Origin: Patescibacteria group bacterium
GTDB lineage: Bacteria; Patescibacteriota; Microgenomatia; UBA1400; UBA1449
Reading direction: 5' to 3'
Length of the DNA stretch: 64,000 nucleotides
Assembly (NCBI GenBank): GCA_050942955.1
Contig: JBMNOG010000004.1
Span: forward strand, 4,431 to 68,430
The notes under the pieces are model-generated. The model saw nothing but the letters and a program-made list of their open reading frames with translations. It was not told where the DNA came from and did not search any database. This document shows, one piece after another, positions 59,640 through 64,000 of this stretch (positions are counted from its first letter, which is position 1; every line of letters starts with the position of its first letter). The translations under genes and the position numbers were made by a program.

Positions 59640-61741
59640 TTTTTTCGCTCTTCAAGCTCCCTAATCTTATCCCGTATCCTCGCCGCCCGCTCAAAGTTCA
59701 AGTCCTTGGCCTCAGCCAGCATGGCCCGACGCAACCTCTTTTTAAGCAGCTCTTTATCTTGAGGAGTATAGTCATCAGGGTTAATAGTCTCAAGCACAAT
59801 CTCATCCCCTTTGGGGGTGAGTTTAAGAGAGACTTTTTTGCCATCAGACTCTTCTTTAGGTTCGCGTTTAATAAGTTTTTCCCTGATTTTCTTTTGGATT
59901 GTAGCCGGTTTTATACCATGTTCCTCGTTGTAGGCTAGCTGAACCTCCCGTCTGCGGTTCACTTCAGTTATAGCTTCCTTCATTGACCGAGTTTGAGTGT
60001 CGGCATACATTATTACCCTACCCTCCACATGCCGTGCAGCCCGACCCATTGTTTGGATAAGTGAAGTTTTAGAGCGCAGAAAACCCTCTTTGTCAGCATC
60101 CAAAATAGCTACTAATGTTACTTCAGGTAAGTCCAGGCCCTCTCTCAAAAGGTTAATACCGACAACTACATCATACACTCCGGTACGCAGATCATCTAAA
60201 ATGTCTTGCCTATCCAGAGTTTCAATATCAGAGTGAAGGTACGCCACTTTGGGCATCTCAAAATCGGGACTACCCTGCTTGAAGTTTTCGAAGTTTTTTT
60301 CTTCGTTAAGATAGTCGGTTAACGCTTCTGCTAAACGTTTTGTAAGGGTGGTTACTAAAACCCTTTGGCCTTTAGCTTTTCGCTTCATGATTTCGCGGGT
60401 CAAATCCTCTATCTGGTTATCTGTAGGTCTTACCTCAACTTCTGGATCAACTAAACCAGTTGGCCTTACCAGCTGTTCAACAACCTCAACATGAGGCCGC
60501 GATAGTTCCCAATCGCTAGGAGTAGCAGAGACGAATACGGTCTGATTTACTCTTTGCAAAAACTCATCAAACTGGAGGGGTCGGTTATCAAGAGCCGAGG
60601 GGAGCCTGAATCCGTAGTCAATCAGTGTTTGCTTGCGAGCCCTGTCTCCGTTATACATTCCCCGTATTTGCGGGATAGTCATATGGGATTCATCGATAAC
60701 CAGGAGCCAGTCTTTTTTTTGCATGAAGTAATCAATGAGAGTATACGGAGCTTCTCCGGGTTTGCGACCATCAAAGTAGCGGGAATAGTTTTCAATACCG
60801 TTAACAAACCCGAGCTCTGAAATCATGTCAAGGTCGTAGTTAACCTTCTGCTCAAGCCTGTACGCTTCAATAGTTTTACCGGACGCTTTAAGTTCTTTCA
60901 GTCGTAATTTTAAATCTTTGCGAATGTTTGCAAATGCAGCTTCCTGTTTTGCAGGATCAGTAATGTAGTGTTTGGCAGGAAAAAGAATATACTCTTCAAG
61001 GAGAGAATTTGAAACACTGGCCACTGTGATGTCAGTTATTGGGTCAACAGGCTTAGCTGAAATCGGGTCAAGCCACTGCATTTTCTCCAGAATATTGCCA
61101 AGAAACTGGAGCCTTAGCAGGTTATCCTGATATGCTGGCCAAACCTCAATTATGTCTCCTTTCACTCTGAATGAACCTCTTTTCAGGTCAAAATCACTTC
61201 GCTCATACTGAAGCCTGGTAAGTTGCGAAAGCAAGTCCTGCCGCTTCATCACTTCACCCACTTTTAGAGGGATAACAAAGTGGCTGTACTCTCTTGGGTC
61301 ACCAATGTTGTAGATACAGGAAACTGAAGCAACGATAATGACATCGTTGCGAGTCTGGAGGTTAGTTGTTGCCAAAAGCCTTAACTTGTCAATTTCTTCG
61401 TTTATCTCAGTTTCTTTTTCAATATACGTGTCTGTTGTCGGAATGTAGGCTTCAGGCTGGTAGTAGTCGTAGTAGGAGACAAAGTATGAAACCCCGTTTT
61501 TTGGGAAGAAATCCCTAAACTCTTGGTAAAGTTGGCCGGCCAGAGTTTTGTTGTGAGAGATTACTAGTGTCGGCCGCTGGAGCTTTTCAATCACATTAGC
61601 TACAGTAAACGTCTTACCGCTACCAGTAACTCCCAGAAGCACCTGGTTTTCTTTGCCGGACTCAAGGTTTTTAACAAGTTTCTCAATAGCCTGTGGTTGA
61701 TGACCGGTTGGGCTGTAGTTTGAAGCAATTTTGAATTTCAT
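59636..61741 (-). CDS. uvrB: Excinuclease ABC subunit B
   Basis: GVTGSGKT, YYDYYQPEAY, DESH, GRAAR. Confidence 0.97.
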   Translation of the reverse strand: MKFKIASNYSPTGHQPQAIEKLVKNLESGKENQVLLGVTGSGKTFTVANVIEKLQRPTLVISHNKTLAGQLYQEFRDFFPKNGVSYFVSYYDYYQPEAYIPTTDTYIEKETEINEEIDKLRLLATTNLQTRNDVIIVASVSCIYNIGDPREYSHFVIPLKVGEVMKRQDLLSQLTRLQYERSDFDLKRGSFRVKGDIIEVWPAYQDNLLRLQFLGNILEKMQWLDPISAKPVDPITDITVASVSNSLLEEYILFPAKHYITDPAKQEAAFANIRKDLKLRLKELKASGKTIEAYRLEQKVNYDLDMISELGFVNGIENYSRYFDGRKPGEAPYTLIDYFMQKKDWLLVIDESHMTIPQIRGMYNGDRARKQTLIDYGFRLPSALDNRPLQFDEFLQRVNQTVFVSATPSDWELSRPHVEVVEQLVRPTGLVDPEVEVRPTDNQIEDLTREIMKRKAKGQRVLVTTLTKRLAEALTDYLNEEKNFENFKQGSPDFEMPKVAYLHSDIETLDRQDILDDLRTGVYDVVVGINLLREGLDLPEVTLVAILDADKEGFLRSKTSLIQTMGRAARHVEGRVIMYADTQTRSMKEAITEVNRRREVQLAYNEEHGIKPATIQKKIREKLIKREPKEESDGKKVSLKLTPKGDEIVLETINPDDYTPQDKELLKKRLRRAMLAEAKDLNFERAARIRDKIRELEERKN

Positions 61742-62000
61742 AGATTTTGTAGTATACCAAAAATGAGATTCCAAATCATTGCGGATATATTTGAAAAATC
61801 AAAGATTATAGAAACTCAGTATTGGAAATTCTAGCTTTGTACTTACATTTTGCACTTAGTACTGAGCTTTCTGTACCTTTTGCCAAACTGGCACTTGCAG
61901 GTTCGTATATTTTTTGCCAAACTATTACCAAACTCTGCACAACGTTAACTGCCTGCTAAATTTGGTTATAAACATTATCTGCCCTAAAGGTTAGTACCCT

Positions 62001-62666
62001 ATGGCAAATAACGCTCCTGAACACACAGTTACTCTTTACAAACGTCAGAGGCAAATCGTTGAGTTTATTTCCCAGTTTATCCAGAGAAACGGTTACTCAC
62101 CTACGTTGCGCGAAATCGGAGATGCTATGGGGTTATCTTCTTTAGCTACTGTTCATGAGCATGTAGCCAGACTATGTGAAAAAGGAGTGCTTAAAAAAAC
62201 TACAGGCAATAAAACCCGCGGCATCATTGTTGTTGACAGCAAGCTTGGCTCGTTCCAACAAGGTGTTAATTTACCAATACTAGGCTTCTTTTCTGCCGGC
62301 CAGCCGATTGACCCCTACAATAAGCCTGAGGCATATGTACAGGTTTCAGCTGAAATGCTTTCAGGAAGAAAACGGGCTTTTGCCCTTGAAGTTCGAGGCG
62401 ATGCCATGATTGATGAAGGAATCATTGATGGAGATTACATTGTTGTTGAGGAGGAAATTGATATTAATGACGGTGATGTTGTTATCGCCATTCTTGAAAA
62501 CGGCAGCGCTACCTTAAAAAAATTCTACAAAGAAGCTACGCGTGTCAGGCTTGAATGTATTCATAGTAACAATCACCCAATCTATGCAGCTAGAATTCAG
62601 CTTCAGGGCCGCAGCCTTGGAGTAGTCAGGCATTTTGCTACGTTTAAGACTGATTATAAAAGTTAG
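62001..62666 (+). CDS. lexA: LexA repressor with catalytic Ser replaced by Ala
   Basis: GYSPTLREIG wHTH; SAG cleavage site; VRGDAM; ATLKK. Confidence 0.85.
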   Translation: MANNAPEHTVTLYKRQRQIVEFISQFIQRNGYSPTLREIGDAMGLSSLATVHEHVARLCEKGVLKKTTGNKTRGIIVVDSKLGSFQQGVNLPILGFFSAGQPIDPYNKPEAYVQVSAEMLSGRKRAFALEVRGDAMIDEGIIDGDYIVVEEEIDINDGDVVIAILENGSATLKKFYKEATRVRLECIHSNNHPIYAARIQLQGRSLGVVRHFATFKTDYKS

Positions 62667-62753
62667 CCTGTTTCCAGTATAATATCTCCCAGGTAAAAGC
62701 TATTTATTCATTAGGAACATTCAGCTATTGCTGAATGTTAAAACGAGAATGGT

Positions 62754-63521
62754 ATGAATAAAAACAGTACTAAACTAAATAACAATGCTAACGTATTAGA
62801 CCAAGGACTTTATGTCATTGCCACCCCTATTGGCAACAGACAGGATATAACTCTAAGGGCTCTTGAAACTATGTTTGGCGTAGACATTTTACTCTGCGAA
62901 GACACAAGAAAAACTAAGCTCCTTTTAGATTATTACAGACAGAACCTGATTACTGCAAACGTAAGCAGTTTACTTGAGATTTCGCTTGAGAGGATACCTC
63001 AACTTATCTCTTACTTTGAACATAATGAAGACCAGCGTGTACCTGAAGTGCTTTCCTACCTACAGAAAGGCTTAAAAGTCGGTCTGGTTAGTAATAGCGG
63101 CACCCCAACTATATCCGATCCAGGGTATAAACTCGTTAAAACCTGCAGAGAGAGCGATATTAAGGTTTTTAGTGCTCCCGGACCTTCTGCTATCATCTCT
63201 GCCCTCTCTATTTCCGGCCTATCTTCAGATAAGTTTACTTTTCTAGGGTTTTTACCTAGAAAACCAGGGAAGCAAAATAAAATCTGGAAGGATATTCGAA
63301 ACAGTTCGTTGGGGCAAACAGTGATTTTTTATGAGTCTCCTTTCAGGGTCTTTAAAACTCTGGCAAACATGGAAAAATGCTTTGGTAACATCGAAGTTAC
63401 TATTGCCCGCGAATTAACCAAGAAGCATGAAGAGGTGGTTACAAAACCAATTATCAAGTGGCTGGAACAAAAAACGTTTAAAGGTGAGTTAGTAGTCCTA
63501 TTTCGCTGTTCCAAGGAGTAG
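62754..63521 (+). CDS. rsmI: 16S rRNA C1402 2'-O-methyltransferase
   Basis: LYVIATPIGN, CEDTR, GTPTISDPG, ARELTKKHEE. Confidence 0.95.
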   Translation: MNKNSTKLNNNANVLDQGLYVIATPIGNRQDITLRALETMFGVDILLCEDTRKTKLLLDYYRQNLITANVSSLLEISLERIPQLISYFEHNEDQRVPEVLSYLQKGLKVGLVSNSGTPTISDPGYKLVKTCRESDIKVFSAPGPSAIISALSISGLSSDKFTFLGFLPRKPGKQNKIWKDIRNSSLGQTVIFYESPFRVFKTLANMEKCFGNIEVTIARELTKKHEEVVTKPIIKWLEQKTFKGELVVLFRCSKE

Positions 63522-64000
63522 ATTTAAAGCCCCGTATACCGGCGGTTTCTGAGGCCTGATAATGACCGCCTTTGGAAATTCCTCTTTTATACTTTGCGAA
63601 AATCTGGAAACGGAAATCATAGCATCTGAGAACATCCCACCGCTTGCAACCAGGTCAAAAACCTGATCTTCAAAATGAAGATTTATACAGACTGCTCTTA
63701 CCATGTTCACCAAGCTTTCCACAGCATCATCAAGAATCTTTAGAGCCAAGTTATCATTTTTCTCAAGTGCTTGAGGTAAAAGAAGAGATATACGCGCTAT
63801 TGAGGCTTTATTAAAGCCAGGAGCATACACTTTTTGCTTAAGCTTAGCTATCTCAGTAACTGAGAAATAATTTTTGACCAGATCCTCAAGCTCAGTTTTT
63901 TCTTCACGGCCATCCGCACTCATGACTGCAGCTTTTAAAATCTTAAGGCCAATATCGTACGCACTACCTTCATCACTTAGGAGATAGTCCAAACCCCCAG
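63498..64000 (-). CDS. BadF/BadG/BcrA/BcrD-type ATPase / GlcNAc kinase-like, 5' end outside window
   Basis: GLDYLLSDEGSAYDIG, ASGGMF, PVYGA. Confidence 0.8.
   Translation of the reverse strand, partial: GGLDYLLSDEGSAYDIGLKILKAAVMSADGREEKTELEDLVKNYFSVTEIAKLKQKVYAPGFNKASIARISLLLPQALEKNDNLALKILDDAVESLVNMVRAVCINLHFEDQVFDLVASGGMFSDAMISVSRFSQSIKEEFPKAVIIRPQKPPVYGALNLLLGTAK

Overview
The gene set and style suggest a CPR/Patescibacteria (Microgenomates-like) genome fragment; this is an inference. Housekeeping genes include ruvABC, uvrAB, lexA, holA, eno, zwf, PMM/PGM, rsmI and three tRNAs. There is also an ADP-heptose/GT9 glycosylation cluster, an ECF sigma/anti-sigma locus and an AbiEi/AbiEii pair bracketed by a duplicated tRNA-Lys 3' end. 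The main unexplained signal is a recurring architecture seen at 7-8 dispersed loci: TATAAT promoter (visible at five) -> small hairpin -> rrn boxA-like motif (GYWCYTTRAMA) -> left arm of a long-range inverted repeat -> strong Shine-Dalgarno ORFan gene(s) -> right arm, usually with a strong 3' hairpin. The arm sequences differ between loci but pair within each locus, with compensatory changes between two neighbours. These mRNAs are therefore built like pre-rRNA (boxA plus processing stalk). One cassette encodes 4-5 unannotated basic or Zn-finger microproteins, and another has an in-frame amber codon before a Chloroflexi-like YLP tail. Also notable are a LexA with catalytic Ser->Ala and a PEP-synthase homologue lacking its phospho-His.
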